Shown: piece after piece, positions 27,020-43,199 of the stretch
How positions within the stretch are numbered: position 1 is the first letter of the stretch
How the letters are laid out: every line of letters begins with the position of its first letter
Origin: Eledone cirrhosa
Lineage: Eukaryota
Assembly (NCBI GenBank): GCA_964016885.1
Contig: OZ024740.1
Coordinates: forward strand, 84,754,001 to 84,818,000
Length of the DNA: 64,000 nt
Direction of reading: 5' to 3'
Notes under the pieces: generated by a model
Seen by the model: only the letters and a program-made list of their open reading frames with translations
Database searches by the model: none
Told to the model about the DNA's origin: nothing
Made by a program: the position numbers and the translations under genes

Positions 27020-27638
27020 TATGCATCCCCATCAATCATCACCAACTCCAAACGTCAGTTCATGGCTCTTGAGTGGCTTTTAAGTCCAGCTGCAGATTTT
27101 CACGGTCTGCAGCAAATGTGACACACAAAAAAATGTGCGCTCTAATGGGTTGATTGGGTCAGTTTGTGGGATGTCATTCTTATGTACCCTCATATGCCTT
27201 TTAAGACCAGAAATTGATTTGCAGATTTTTTGGCGCACCACACATGTTGCCTCACTTTTTATTGGAGGGATAATGCTGCATACAGTTGGCTTTTATGTGA
27301 TTTTAAATGAATGATGTACCCAAATTTAGAGAGCAGTAGATGACCACACACTTCACAATTCCAGGTCCCAATGCTCTTATTGAGGTTCATACTGACGTTT
27401 AAGTTTTTCATGGTCAAGACGTCACTCTTCAAACATTCTGCAGCCCTCCTTCACATGTCTTCTCCATTCATCCCTCTTTAAAGCAAGCACTTCCCAGCTT
27501 TTAACTTCAAATTGTAGATCCTTAAGGTTGTTTTTATGCAATCTTTATATCTTTTTCTTGGTTCGAGCTGAGGGCATTTCTCAGTGTGCTGTAAAATAGT
27601 TGTTTAGGGAGGCTTTCCTCATTCATGCACTCAACATA

Positions 27639-27640
<2 letters not shown>
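27020..27640 (-). pseudogene. Degenerate RTE-like LINE 3' fragment
   Basis: CMNEESLPKQLFYS-like peptide and downstream RTE-like 3' sequence. Confidence 0.55.
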
Positions 27641-27691
<51 letters not shown>

Positions 27692-27815
27692 GCAACACAA
27701 GTACAATAATAACCGAAATGAACCAAGCCTGGTTACGAAACTGAATAAACAGCATTTGCGTCGAAGCACGCTTTTTTGTGAGTTGTCGACCGATCCATAT
27801 ATCGAACTATCTATC

Positions 27816-27846
<31 letters not shown>

Positions 27847-28259
27847 TTATTTATCAATCTAGCTGTCGTCTGTTCTACAGCATAGATGTAATTCACTTCG
27901 CGCAGAAGTTTTGTTCAAATTTATTGCGGAAATTTTGTAAGTTCAGTTTTAATTTTGATACTATTGTGTAGCTTGACCCCCCGTCTGAACTGTCAGGCAG
28001 TGGGTCAGCTCATCTTTACCCCTCCTAGGGGTGAAAAACCTGTTTTTAAAAATTTTGTGGCATAAAAAATTTCAATCGTCTGACAGAAATGTTAAACGAA
28101 GCTAACGAAAATAGTGGTGGGGGGACAGCGGTAAGAGTTGTAAGCTCGCACGCTTTAGTCCCCCCTTCCTTCCCAACTAACGTCATAGAGAAGGAAGGAA
28201 AAAATAAAATAAAAACAGACGAATAGGCGGAGAAAAATGACGAAAACACAAATCTGGAC

Positions 28260-29999
28260 ATGGATTCCAACAACAACAAAAAAAAATTTGAAAAATTGCA
28301 TGACAATATTAATACCACAAACAAAGACACAACAAACACAAAAATAACATTTGAAAACAACATCATAACAGAAAGCAAAGCAGACGACAAAGTCAACACC
28401 AATAAGATTTCATTTGCACAAACAACAAAGAAATCTTTGACATATATACCTGAAAATATTTCAGATGTGGCACAAAGAATTGCAGACGCCAAACAATATA
28501 TAACTGAAGGAGAGAATGGTATTTTATCGGTAAAAATGCCTCAAGAACTCACCAAAGACATTGAAAGTCGAACGCTCGTTTTCCGCACCATCAACAACAC
28601 TTCAAAAAAACCTGAACAGCCAACTCAAACAGAAATCAAAACAGTACTCACAGAAGTACTTAATGAAACCACTTTCATAAGAAAAAACAGACTGTATGGA
28701 AGCCTAGCGATTATTATGAAGAACGAATCGGCGGCAAAAAAATGTGCTTTGTCACCGATTCGTTCGAAAAATTTTACCTTTTATCCATCTTATATGGGTA
28801 AAAGAACTCAACGCATATGGCTGGATGCAATGATGCCAGATGTGGACTACTGCTGGCTCATAGCTGGCTTCATCGATCCAGCGAATGACAACGTGATTTC
28901 CATTGGGAAAACCACAGGCAATGCGTTCAGTGGAACAGGTATAGAGCTTGTAGTGCAAATGAAGCCTGAACGCATCGCCCAAATACCCGACAGAATCCTA
29001 TTAGAGGGCCACGGGTATATAAACATTAGCGTGGAGGGGAGAAGACCGTCCTGTCATATCTGTGCAGGCAGAGGGCACCTGAAGGCGGCTTGTCCCCAAC
29101 TCAACAAAAAGAAAACCCTGCTACCAACACTAACTCCACCACCACCACCACAACAGATAAACAAACAACAAAACTCAGTCCCACCCAACCCGTCCCTCAG
29201 TAAAACTACACCACCACCACAACACAAACAGTCACAACACATTACCCCAAAACAAAATACAGGCCCACCCAACCCCTCACTCAATAAAACAACACAATTA
29301 CCGCAGCCACAACACACAACACAGTCTAACATAGTGACATCCATCTCCCCCACAAAGAAAACCAACACGGAAACATTACCAGCAAACATACCTCTTCCCT
29401 CCAACACTGAAGATAACCCAACGAATTCGGAGGAAGAAACGGAGTCCTTCAGACAGATTAAAAGGAAAAAAAGAAAACATGTGCAAAACATACAAGGCCA
29501 AACAACCCCCACCCAAATGTCAACACAATCCAACAAAACACAAAACACCCCTCCAGCAACAAACAAAACCAAACCTGCCCCTCCCCTCTTCGAAACACTC
29601 ACACCATCCGAAAAAAAGACATTACACTATACTTACATCAACAGAAACAATAATAAATTAAATGAACTCATAAACAATAATCCTTCGGTACAAACCGAAG
29701 GTGTAAACTTTGTTTCTTCAGAAAACTACCCACATTTAAAATTAATAAAGATCCCAATGAACCTCTACCAAAAACTAAAAAGGGATTTTAAGGAGGACGT
29801 AGGACCACCCTCTGTCAAACCCATAAACCGCGTCCTACTAAAAAGCTTTCCCCCTCCCCTTCCCCTCCCCAACACAACTCCAAACACCCCAACCCCACCA
29901 CACACTGACGACCCCACACCACCACAAGACACCCTTTCACCCAACACCCCCGACCCCATGGAAGTCGTGCGACCCGAACCCCGGGAAGCGGAAAGGTAG
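28260..29999 (+). CDS. Tx1-like LINE ORF1 (zinc-knuckle nucleic-acid-binding protein)
   Basis: 579-aa open frame with CCHC knuckle CHICAGRGHLKAAC and Pro/Thr-rich C-terminus. Confidence 0.85.
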   Translation: MDSNNNKKKFEKLHDNINTTNKDTTNTKITFENNIITESKADDKVNTNKISFAQTTKKSLTYIPENISDVAQRIADAKQYITEGENGILSVKMPQELTKDIESRTLVFRTINNTSKKPEQPTQTEIKTVLTEVLNETTFIRKNRLYGSLAIIMKNESAAKKCALSPIRSKNFTFYPSYMGKRTQRIWLDAMMPDVDYCWLIAGFIDPANDNVISIGKTTGNAFSGTGIELVVQMKPERIAQIPDRILLEGHGYINISVEGRRPSCHICAGRGHLKAACPQLNKKKTLLPTLTPPPPPQQINKQQNSVPPNPSLSKTTPPPQHKQSQHITPKQNTGPPNPSLNKTTQLPQPQHTTQSNIVTSISPTKKTNTETLPANIPLPSNTEDNPTNSEEETESFRQIKRKKRKHVQNIQGQTTPTQMSTQSNKTQNTPPATNKTKPAPPLFETLTPSEKKTLHYTYINRNNNKLNELINNNPSVQTEGVNFVSSENYPHLKLIKIPMNLYQKLKRDFKEDVGPPSVKPINRVLLKSFPPPLPLPNTTPNTPTPPHTDDPTPPQDTLSPNTPDPMEVVRPEPREAER

Positions 30000-30032
30000 G
30001 TCTCTACACTCTCCTTTGGCTCTGCCGCCCAC

Positions 30033-33000
30033 ATGGATGTGTTAAGAGTAGGATGTTTGAATGCACGTGGCCTGGGCTCAACTTGAAAGCAAGCAAAGCT
30101 TCTAAATGACCTCAGGTCATGTGGTATAAATGTAATGGTTATCTGTGAGACTCGGATCAGCGTTGTGCGACAGCTGGCCCCTACCTTCGATGACTTTGAG
30201 GTGCATGCATCTCTCTGTCAACCTGGAGGTGGGGGTAGGGTTGTCGTACTGCTGCAAAAACACCTGGGTCTTGCCGTACAGGTTGTTCACTCGGACCCGG
30301 AGGGTCGTTTGTTGGTGCTAGACGTTGGCAGTAGTGAAGGTGCGGCCTTGAGACTGGTCGCCGTCTACTCCCCTTTCGGAGCTGAACGGCCCGACTTCTT
30401 CCAGCGTTTGGAGACTTTTCTGGGAACGTCGCGTTCCCTGCTTCTAGCGGGGGATTGGAATGACATCCTAGATGCACGTTGGGACTATGCAGGAGCATGT
30501 CCTAATAGAGGGGTGTAACAGCCTCAAGGGGTTACTCGACCGTTTTAACTTGGTCGATAGATATCGACTAGATTTTCCAACTGTGCCTACCTGGACTTGG
30601 AGAAACCACAGTGGTCAATCTAGATCGTACTTAGATAGATTCTTAGTTAGAAGTAAGGATAGGGACATATTAAGCTGTCCAGAAATGCGCACGGTTGGCT
30701 ATACGGATCACAAATTAGTGACCTGCGTAGTCAATCTCGAGAAAACACATAAACAGGGTCCCGATTACTGGAAACTTAATTTGTCTTTATCGGCAAAAGA
30801 GACTTACAGAAACCGGATTAGCAGATTAGTTAAGGAGAGGTTGACGGGTGCAATCGTCAACAACCGATGGTGGGCATCTCTCAAAAGAGAGATTAGAACA
30901 GAATCAATAAGTTATAGCAAGATGTTAGCTGCCGATAGGAATAGAAACGAGAAAGAATTAACAGGTAAATTAGAAGAGGCAATCAAGAGCGAAGATGTGG
31001 CCAGAGTGCTGGCATCGAGGACGGCCTTGAACCAGTTTTTCGATGCAAAGCACGAAGGCTGCGTCATTCGAAGTAAAATACGTGCTCTAGGTAATGAAGG
31101 GGCCAAAGCCGTTGGCTGGGCCCGCGTGACAGAAGCTAAGAGTGGAAATCGATCCACCATCCGGTCGTTGCAAGACGAGGATGGACGGGTGATCCGGGAG
31201 CCTAAGCAGATGTGCGAGGCCTTTCAAAGGCACTTTTCCCGATTATTCGGGGGAGGCGAGGGTCCGGGCGGGGACGTAGATTTCGGTCCATACCTCGACG
31301 GCCTGCCGCGTCTCTCGAGCGAAGAGGCAGAGTCCTGCGAGGGACCAATCTCGGCTGATAAGATCGGAGATGCGCTGAGCCAATGCAGCAGACGCAAATC
31401 TCCAGGTCTCGATGGTATACCTTACGAACTTTATTTAGCAATGCCGGTCTTCTTCTCCGAACTCCTCGAAGCGGTCTACTGCAATTGGCAGCAGAACGGG
31501 AGAATTCCTTGTTCTGTAGCCAAGGGCGTAGTCTCGCTGGTGAGGAAGGACGAGAACAAGGGGGATAGTATAAATAATGTTCGGCCCATAACCCTGCTAA
31601 ACACAGAGTTAAAGATTTTGGCCAAGGTGTTAGCAAAGAGGTTGGCGCTTGTCGTGGGTAGCTTGGTGGGAGATGCGCAGACATGTGCTATCCCATCCAG
31701 GTCCATTCACGATAACCTCCACCTCATGCGATACATCATAGAGAGGGTTGGCAACAAACCCGGCTTCGGTGGGGCCCTGATCAACTTGGATCAGTCTAAG
31801 GCCTTCGATAGGGTCGACCATGGTTACCTGGATGCGGTGCTAGCGGCGGCTGGGTTCGGTCCTGTTTTCAGAGGCTGGATCACTGCCTTACATAGCAACC
31901 ACATCTGTTCTAGAATCAAGGTGAACGGCTACCTTTCGAAGCCGTTCGAAATCACACGATCCATTCGACAGGGGTGCCCTCTCTCCTCCCTTCTGTACGT
32001 ATTGACTCTCGAGCCTTTACTGAGGAAGTTAGAGTTGTTTCAGGGTATCCCCCTGGAACCAGGATTGAGCAAAGCGGTGTCGGCCTACGCCGATGACGTA
32101 ACAGTAATGGTATCGACCGATTCGGAAATCGAGGCGATCGGTACCTTACTGGAGGATTACGAAAGGTTGTCAGGAGCGAAACTGAACCGGGAAAAATCCA
32201 TCGGGCTGCAACTCGGAAGGTGGAGAGGCAGACCGATGCCTCCCGACGGTGTCGTCGGACACTGGACGGAGGGTCCGGTAAAGTTGCTTGGGGTCTGGTT
32301 TGGACCGGACCTCCAGGTGGAAAAGAACTGGGACGAGGTTACGAACAAGGTGTTTGCACTAACCCAGAAATGGGCCAAGTATAAGCTGTCCCTAAAAGGC
32401 CGGGAGGAGGTGGCGAACATTTACATAGCGTCCGTCACTTACTACCGCCTGACTGTCGTGCCTTGCCCTAAGGAAACACTGACCACCATGGAACGCATGC
32501 TCTTCCAATTTCTTTGGAAGAAGCGCCCTCCTATGGTGAGAAGATCCATCTGCTGCCAACAACCTTCGAAAGGAGGGCTGGGGATGCCGTGGTTGATGAT
32601 GCGTAGGCACGCATTAAGGCTACGGCACCTACAGGTATTCCCCACTGGTCAACCGGTGTGTGCTCCGTTCGTGAAACGAGCCTTTCCGAGACTCGTCTCG
32701 CTCACCGAGCTGCAGTCCTGGGTCAAGCAAAGATCCGGAAAACTGGGAGACTGGCACACTGAGTGTGCTCAGGCGCTCAGGGCTCTCTGGCAAGCGGGCC
32801 AGGCCATCGGTGGAGAATCCACCTCATCATTCTATAGAGGGCTGGTGGCTAGCAGGGGCGATGACACCCTTGGAGAGTCGCTGGACATGGAAGAGGACGA
32901 ACTGGCCAGCCTGTTCGGTAGGACTTTCGGCCCGGGACCAATGGACAACTTCCAGAAGTCACTAGCCTGGCAGTGCTACCGGGGGGCTCTACCCGTTCGA

Positions 33001-33468
33001 GAGAGGCTCTACAGACACGGGCGCCCGGGCAGGGATCCCTCAAAAAAGATTTGCCCTAGATGCGTGCGTCACGAAGAAACCGTTGCGCACGCATTGGTGC
33101 AATGTCCGGGCGTGGCTGATCTGTGGGGCTACGCCGAACGACTGCTGTCGCGGGTGGCGCCGATTTAATTGACCGCCGAGTCCGTGATGACAATCAAACC
33201 GCCTCCCCTCTTCACAAAGGAAGCAAAGGCGGTTTTTCTGTGCGTAATAGCCATGTTGAAAGAGGTTGTTTGGTGGACACGATTGAAAGGTCTGAGGTCA
33301 GGCAACTTCCTCTCTGGCCATAGTCTGGTCTACTTCTTCCGATATCACTTCGGAAGAAGGATAAGAATGGAGAGAGAGGTGCTTGGCCACAGGCAGTTTT
33401 ATGAAAGGTGGGTGATAGTGGCGAGAATGGCTCGTGTAAATGGGCCTTCTCTGTATACCATCCTGTAG
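30033..33468 (+). pseudogene. Tx1/L1 ORF2 (APE endonuclease + RT + zinc finger), disrupted
   Basis: MDVLRVGCLNARGL, ICETR, AGDWN, SYLDRFLV, TDHKLV, LDQSKAFDRVDH, RQGCPLS, YADD, CPRC..ETVAH..C. One early stop, a frameshift near 30510 and a stop at 33166-33168. Confidence 0.92.
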
Positions 33469-34182
33469 GTAAAGAAGTGAAGGAGAGGGAAGCACCTTCT
33501 CCATGTGCGCCCCGGGCAAAGGATTGCACACTTTTTCGGGGGTGTGTGCAACCCCCATCACGTCCCCTCCCTTTTGAGGTTATTTTCGATTATTTTCATT
33601 TTATACCCTTTTTACTCGATTGTATGTAAACTCCCCCTTTGTATTTGTCCCTTCTTTTTATGCCTTTATGGTAAATAAAGAAATATATTTATCTATTTAT
33701 TTATCTATCTATCTATTTATCTATCTACCTATCTCCTTCTCCGTATACCTATCTATCCATCTATTTTCCTACCTCCCTCTCCGTACGTCTATCGAGCAAT
33801 CAATAAATCTATCGATACCTGTCAGTCAAATAAAATGTGTGTATGTAGGGAGTAATAGCTGTTTTAATAACGAGTATGCTTTAAGTCCCAAAAGACTACT
33901 CAAAACATTGCTTCTCCAAGTCTCGGGCAGTGGTGGTGTGGGGATTCTCTGGTGTGTGGGAACCTATGTGCAGGCTGCTTCGTGATCCCAGTAGACAGAG
34001 TGGAGAAAACATGGTCTCGGAGGACTGCAAGGAAGACGGGTTTGAATAACTATGTATATCTATCTACTCATATATTCATCTCTCAATTTATCTATTTCTT
34101 TGCCTCTATTTATTTATGACGCAATACAGAGAAACGTCATTTGTATTCATAAAATCAACAAACACCCAAGACAAACATGTAC

Positions 34183-35153
34183 ATATTAAACTAGACATGA
34201 AAAATGCGCAAGCTCAAAAGTGCCACAGAATGTTATAATAAACCTTCAAAAGTGTGGGACTAGAGTTGTTGCTAAAAAATATTGTAATCATTATATATCG
34301 TACATTCTGTGGCATCCTTTATAAAAATAGCTTAAACCAACGAAGCCTTTATTTTTACGCTATTTCACTTAGTTAATTCTTAGAGTGTAACATATAAAAA
34401 TATGATTTACAACTATAAAATAAATTAATTAATATAATAACAGAGCTGCGGAGCTGAAATTTAGGAAATAATGGAGTATCGGATCCTGAGTTGGAGCCAG
34501 TCAATTTTTGGCCGAATCCGCAGCCCTGTATAATACATTTCATATTAAAGTTATTAATAAACCTATTTTACACTTCATGCAAATTACCACGAGATATTGA
34601 TATTAGATATAAGATACAGCGCAATATCTACAGCTGTAAAAGTACGAAAGCGAAGTAATAATAAGTGGCTTAAGGTAATTCCAATATGAAAGTTTGTAGT
34701 GATAAAAATTTGATAATGCAATACGATTGTTAATATTATAGTTCTATGAAAATGTAACAATAGATAACTAAATTATTTTACTATTAGTATATTTAAGAAA
34801 TTATCATTATAGATTTGATCGTTCATATAAGCATCATATTAAGTTTCAACACAATTATTTTGTTACTATGAGTATATGATAATAATATTACGTAATTATT
34901 TATAGCTGTTATTACATTAAACATAGATGTATTTATTTTTATATGTTACACTCTAAGAATTAACTAAGTGAAATAGCGTAAAAATAAAGGCTTCGTTGGT
35001 TTAAGCTATTTTTATAAAGGATGCCACAGAATGTACGATATATAATGATTACAATATTTTTTAGCAACAACTCTAGTCCCACACTTTTGAAGGTTTATTA
35101 TAACATTCTGTGGCACTTTTGAGCTTGCGCATTTTTCATGTCTAGTTTAATAT
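34183..35153. repeat. 220-bp inverted repeat pair with 531-bp spacer
   Basis: 34183-34402 is the reverse complement of 34934-35153, with no mismatch noticed. Confidence 0.9.
34441..34528. mobile_element. hAT-type MITE remnant
   Basis: Termini CAGAGCTGCGGA...TCCGCAGCCCTG; 8-bp flanks tataataa / tataatac (7/8 TSD match). Confidence 0.65.
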
Positions 35154-35709
35154 TTTTTTAAGGCAACGCTTGTAATAACTCTAGTTAAACAGGATATATA
35201 TTAATAATAAATTATCGTTGTAATGTAATTAGATTATGTAATTGTTATTATAAATTATCTTATAAATATTAGTGTAAGATGTATAAAAATATTTTCAGAC
35301 TTTTAATATAAACAACTACAAAAAACAATCAATATTAAATCAATATATTATACATAATAGAAAACATAAAATATACAATACAAAAACAAAATATTTACAT
35401 ACAATTGCAATTATCAGTGTATATACATTTTCTTTATATTCCCTGAGCAAATTAATAAGATTTGTTTTTATTGTACATAATTTGATGACTTGTTGGAGTG
35501 TATTAAAAGATAGCAACAATTTGTGATTAAATTGTTATCTTAAGCAACTCACTTTTTAATAGTTGTTGGCTGAGCGAAATTGTAAAAGCCTATGAGCAAA
35601 TATAAAAAAAAATACACAAACAACATTTCCTTGTGTTATTACAACATTAGATAAAATAATTGAGAAATGTCGTTATATTTTGCTCTTATTGCACATTAAT
35701 AGTGTTTCT

Positions 35710-35870
35710 ATTTTTCGGCACAAATCCATTACGGCAGTCCATTACTGGTACTTTATTTTATCGAATTAGTAAGTATGAAAGTCGAAGTTAACCTCGGCAG
35801 GATTTGAACTTAGAATGCAAAGGACCATAACAATACTGCAAAGCATGGTGTCTGACGCTCTACCAATACT
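35710..35870 (-). mobile_element. tRNA-derived SINE
   Basis: Reverse copy of the family at 47425-47800. Confidence 0.75.
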
Positions 35871-36907
35871 TGTGTTGAGCTGGTCATTAATTTATGGTGG
35901 TCGTGCGTGGAGTAGAGCAATCGCTAGTTGAAATATTATGAACAAAACATTTTTATTTGCCGAAGAACATATTTTCAATACTGTTTGTGAATGTGACGAA
36001 GGAAATACATTCTGATATGGAACAGTGTACAAAGTGTGTCTGTGAATAACATAATGTTACCTCATGTTGTTGTCAAGACATAATGGATTTCGTATATCCA
36101 GTTAGAAGATGAAACCTAGCCATCTCGGATTAGTTATATTTCATGCCATGTGTAAACGTGTTTGAGGATAGCAAAATATGCGCGTTAATTATAATAATTA
36201 GTTAATAATATTACAAAATATACCTAATTAAACTCTTTGCTTGAAATTTTATCATTCTTCGTTTATATATATATATATAGAGAGAGGGAGAGAGATTTAT
36301 CTAGTCCTTCGCTCAAGATTAATCTATAAGTTTAGATGTTTGCCTTCGTTTAAGTAAATATTACAGTAAGATTTTTAATATAAACAACTACAAAAAACAA
36401 TTAATATTAAAACGAAAAAATTATCAATGATAAAAGAAGCGGATGCAACTTTTTTTTTTATAAAGTTATATTCCTGTTTCTTTAAAGAACATTTCATTTT
36501 TGTTCTATTGTAGGCGAAATAATGCAATGGTTTAATAGGGAAGATATAACTTACGAATTATGTCTCTAACCGTGTAACGCTTTTTAAGTAGATAACTACA
36601 ATTGAAAATACTAAAAAAATGGAACCAACAATTCAATTTGAAAGTCGTCTAGTGACAGTGTATTACTGGTACTTTATTTTATCGACCCCGTAACGATGAA
36701 AGGCAAAAATGCAAATGCTTAAAATTTAAATTGCCTTAATTCTATCGTCTGCTGTTTCATTAAAGGGAGATTATCGTCTGTATTTAATTCTATCGTCTAC
36801 TGTTCCACTAAACAGATATACCTCCACTATCGTCTCTATTTATACATTTTAACTTATAACTTATACACATTTGATTTGAAATATTTTATCTAGTCCCCCC
36901 TCTCAAT

Positions 36908-36953
36908 ATTATGATGATTTCTTTCGAATGAAACAGTTCTAGTCCTGTAGAAG
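36908..36953 (+). ncRNA. Degenerate copy of the Naiad pLTR hammerhead
   Basis: ATGATGAtttctttcgaatGAAACAGTTCTAGTCCTGTAGAAG; C3 is lost. Confidence 0.6.
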
Positions 36954-37814
36954 CCATTTATATATATAATTGAACTGAGTTAAAAATTCACAATATTTAT
37001 AATTAAATAAGCTCATATATATATGTGTGTATTTATCTGTTTATTGTATTATATATGTGTGTATATACAGGATGTCCCCCAAAAATATATACACACTTCA
37101 ACAGCATTCTAATAACTATTGCCTGTACAGGTAATCAAAGTGTCAATCGAATGTTAGTTTCGTGTTTTAACAGTACAAATTTACAATACACACATAAAAC
37201 CAGTGTATATACATACATGAGTGTGTATACACATACATGAATGTGTATATACAATATATATGTATATATATATATATATAGACACATATATTCACGGTGC
37301 AACGGTACATTAAAATATAGATGCGGGAGAGGGGGGGTGTATATATAGGGGCACTGGGGATAAAGGAGTGTAAAGCGTGTGTAATTGATATATTGAAGGA
37401 GAGGAGCGTGCAGCGATAGAGTAACAAATATATAGAGAGGGGGATAGATGGTATTGAAGGGGAGGAGTGCAAAGCGAAAGAGTAAGAGATATATATAGAG
37501 ACGGAACAGATAGAGAGAAACAGGCGTAAGTAACAGTGGAAGAGATATAGAGAGAGGTACTCTGATTGGTTGAAAATTAGCCAATGACATACGATCACCA
37601 CCACCACGGCTATCCCCGAAAAATTTTTAAAGAAGCTAGGCATATATGTTAGAACACGAAAAGTGAACATTCTGTTGTTTCACACTTTTCGTGTTCTAAC
37701 AGATACAAACATTGAATCATAAATTACGTAAGAGCTAACATTCTCATTCGCCTGCGTACACATGATATTGTTTATTTTTATTTCATTTATAAATAAAGCA
37801 AAGAAATAATTGTT

Positions 37815-38170
37815 TTTGTTTTAGGCACAAGGCCAACAATTTTGTGGGAATAAAATTCGATTAAGTGGAACCCAGTACGTTACTGACACTTTATTTTATC
37901 GACCCCGTAAAATTGAAAGGCAAAGCTAACATCCTCGGAATTTGAACTCAGAACGTAAAGGGACGTAACTCTATGCTGCAAATATGGTGTCCGATGCTCT
38001 ACAGATACTGCCAATCCACCCCCATGTCCAAGATCAACAATTTCGTTAATGTTATTTTATCGACCCCAGAGGAGGAAAGGCAAAGCTAACCACGGCGGGA
38101 TTTGAACTCAAATCATAGAGGGACGTAACTCTAAACCATAAAGCACGTTATCCGACGCTCTACCGATACT
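37815..38170 (-). mobile_element. Two tandem tRNA-derived SINE copies
   Basis: Family consensus on the minus strand at ~37815-38020 and ~38050-38170. Confidence 0.8.
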
Positions 38171-38494
38171 AATAAAAATAAAAAGTAAACTGTATCATTT
38201 AATTTTTTTCAGTTATTTACACCTTCTTTTAATCGATATTTAATTAATACGGTATTTCTGTAAGTTATTCCGTTTGGGGCGGAGTCAGCGACCCATAACC
38301 CCATCCCAGCATGTTGAGATAAGGTTTACAGTTCAAAATTGGAGTTAAACTGAGAAGACTGAATTGAAAATATTGAATTTGTGAAATTTTGCTTCTTTAT
38401 TTCCGGCAATGCCGGTTAGCCATCTCGCACACACTCACACACACACACACACATACACTCACACATACACTCACACACACGCACACACACATAC

Positions 38495-38593
<99 letters not shown>

Positions 38594-38651
38594 GTACATA
38601 CTTGTATATATAAAGACACACACATATATATATATATTTATATATATATAT

Positions 38652-38766
<115 letters not shown>

Positions 38767-38769
38767 AAT

Positions 38770-40602
<1,833 letters not shown>

Positions 40603-40775
40603 TTATTTATACTTATATATACACTATATATAATTATAAACAGGAAAGGTCAGTATTTTATTTTTTACCACCTTATTACCAGTAAGAAAAATAGCTCAAT
40701 GTAATTACATCAGATGTCTTTCAGAGCAGGAATATAAATTACAGAATAATCAAAACTATGTTCAAAGCATTTTAT

Positions 40776-40822
40776 TGCTGACAATCGTTTCTTCTAAACA
40801 TTTGTTTGGAATCATCGGAGCA
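40776..40822 (-). ncRNA. Hammerhead ribozyme, U4C core (CCGATGA)
   Basis: TGCT-CCGATGA-ttccaaacaaatgtttagaa-GAAA-CG at TG-TC-AGCA. Confidence 0.75.
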
Positions 40823-41827
40823 TTGGCAAAGTTTAAACATATAATTAACCTCCTATTCCACAGAACAATCGTAAAGATATGTAGATATTACTGTTGTTAT
40901 CAGTAGTGTTATATTTAGAGTGTGAAGATGATATAGTCAATGTCAGTGGGTGTGATAAAGATTATAAAAGAATTATAAAACAATTATAGAAGAATTATGA
41001 AAGAAAGTTACTCGCAAAATGAGGACATTAGTGGTACATAGGCAAACATATAGAAAGAGTGCAGAGGTATTAGGCATGTACAGACTAATAAGGTAAAAGA
41101 ACAAGCAATGGTATTAAGCATGTATAACAGAATATTGGGAAAGATATCACATAATATAGGTGTAATAGTACATTAAGCAGTGAGGAATGCATGGGTAGGA
41201 AAAGCAGTTTCTATGATAGTTTATGGTGGATGTAATGTGATAATTGTTCTGGTAATGTTCAAATATAGATGTGTTCTGTGTATTAATATCAAGGTTTTTC
41301 TTTCCGTTACATTGGTTATATTTTAGGAAATGTTTATTAGTAGCTACAACTATGGATTGTATATTGGTCCTATTACAATCTTATCGAAGGTTAGAGTTGT
41401 TCTGGAGTGATCTGTCTAACGGTTTAATTTCAGGAAGTGATTAAAGATCCTTACTAAAGGGAGCTAATGGGAAAGGGGAGGTAATTGAAGATTAATTAGT
41501 GTATAATAGAAAAATATATAATCTGGTGTTAGTTGTTAATAACTCCAATTAGCTAAATTCCTTGTGTTAATATACAATATGTTTTATTATAAGTGAATCC
41601 TTATACAATGCTATTTATTTTGCGAGTAACTTTTGCGAGTAACTTTCTTTCATAATTCTTCTATAATTGTTTTATAATTCTTTTATAATCCTTGTCACAC
41701 CCACTGACACTGACTACATCATATTCATACTCTAAATATAACACTACTGATAACAACAGTAATATCTACATATCTTTACGATTGTTCTGTGGAATAGAAG
41801 GTTAATTATATGTTTAAACTTTGCCAA

Positions 41828-41874
41828 TGCTCCGATGATTTCAAACAAATGTTTGGAAGAAACGATTGTCAGCA
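41828..41874 (+). ncRNA. Hammerhead ribozyme, U4C core (CCGATGA)
   Basis: TGCT-CCGATGA-tttcaaacaaatgtttggaa-GAAA-CG at TG-TC-AGCA. Confidence 0.78.
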
Positions 41875-41936
41875 ATAAAATTCTTTGGACATAGTTTGAT
41901 TATTCTGTAATTTATATATATATATATATATACTTA

Positions 41937-42899
<963 letters not shown>

Positions 42900-43199
42900 T
42901 ATATATATATATTAAGTTAGAAGATACGCACTTTCTTTTATTATCCTACATGACACCTATTATTCACGTTTTAAAGGCATTAAATTGTCATTATGTAATA
43001 ATTAATGCGATGTCAGAAAATATGTACTGAAAATGTAAGCAATATTTTGGGGTTTTTTTATATGCTTGCTGTTAAAGAGATGATGTTCGTTCAGAATGAA
43101 CAGAATTACTTCTTATTTTAAAAAGAATTACAGAAGTTTTTATGAAACTTATAAGTTCACCAAAATTACAGTATATGATAGTATCCTTCCATACTAATA

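Larger units (their letters stand above)
27862..33690 (+). mobile_element. Near full-length Tx1/L1-clade LINE inserted in a (TATC)n tract
   Basis: ORF1 plus APE-RT ORF2, 3' AATAAA at ~33674, candidate ~21-bp TSD at 27841-27861 / 33691-33711. Confidence 0.88.
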
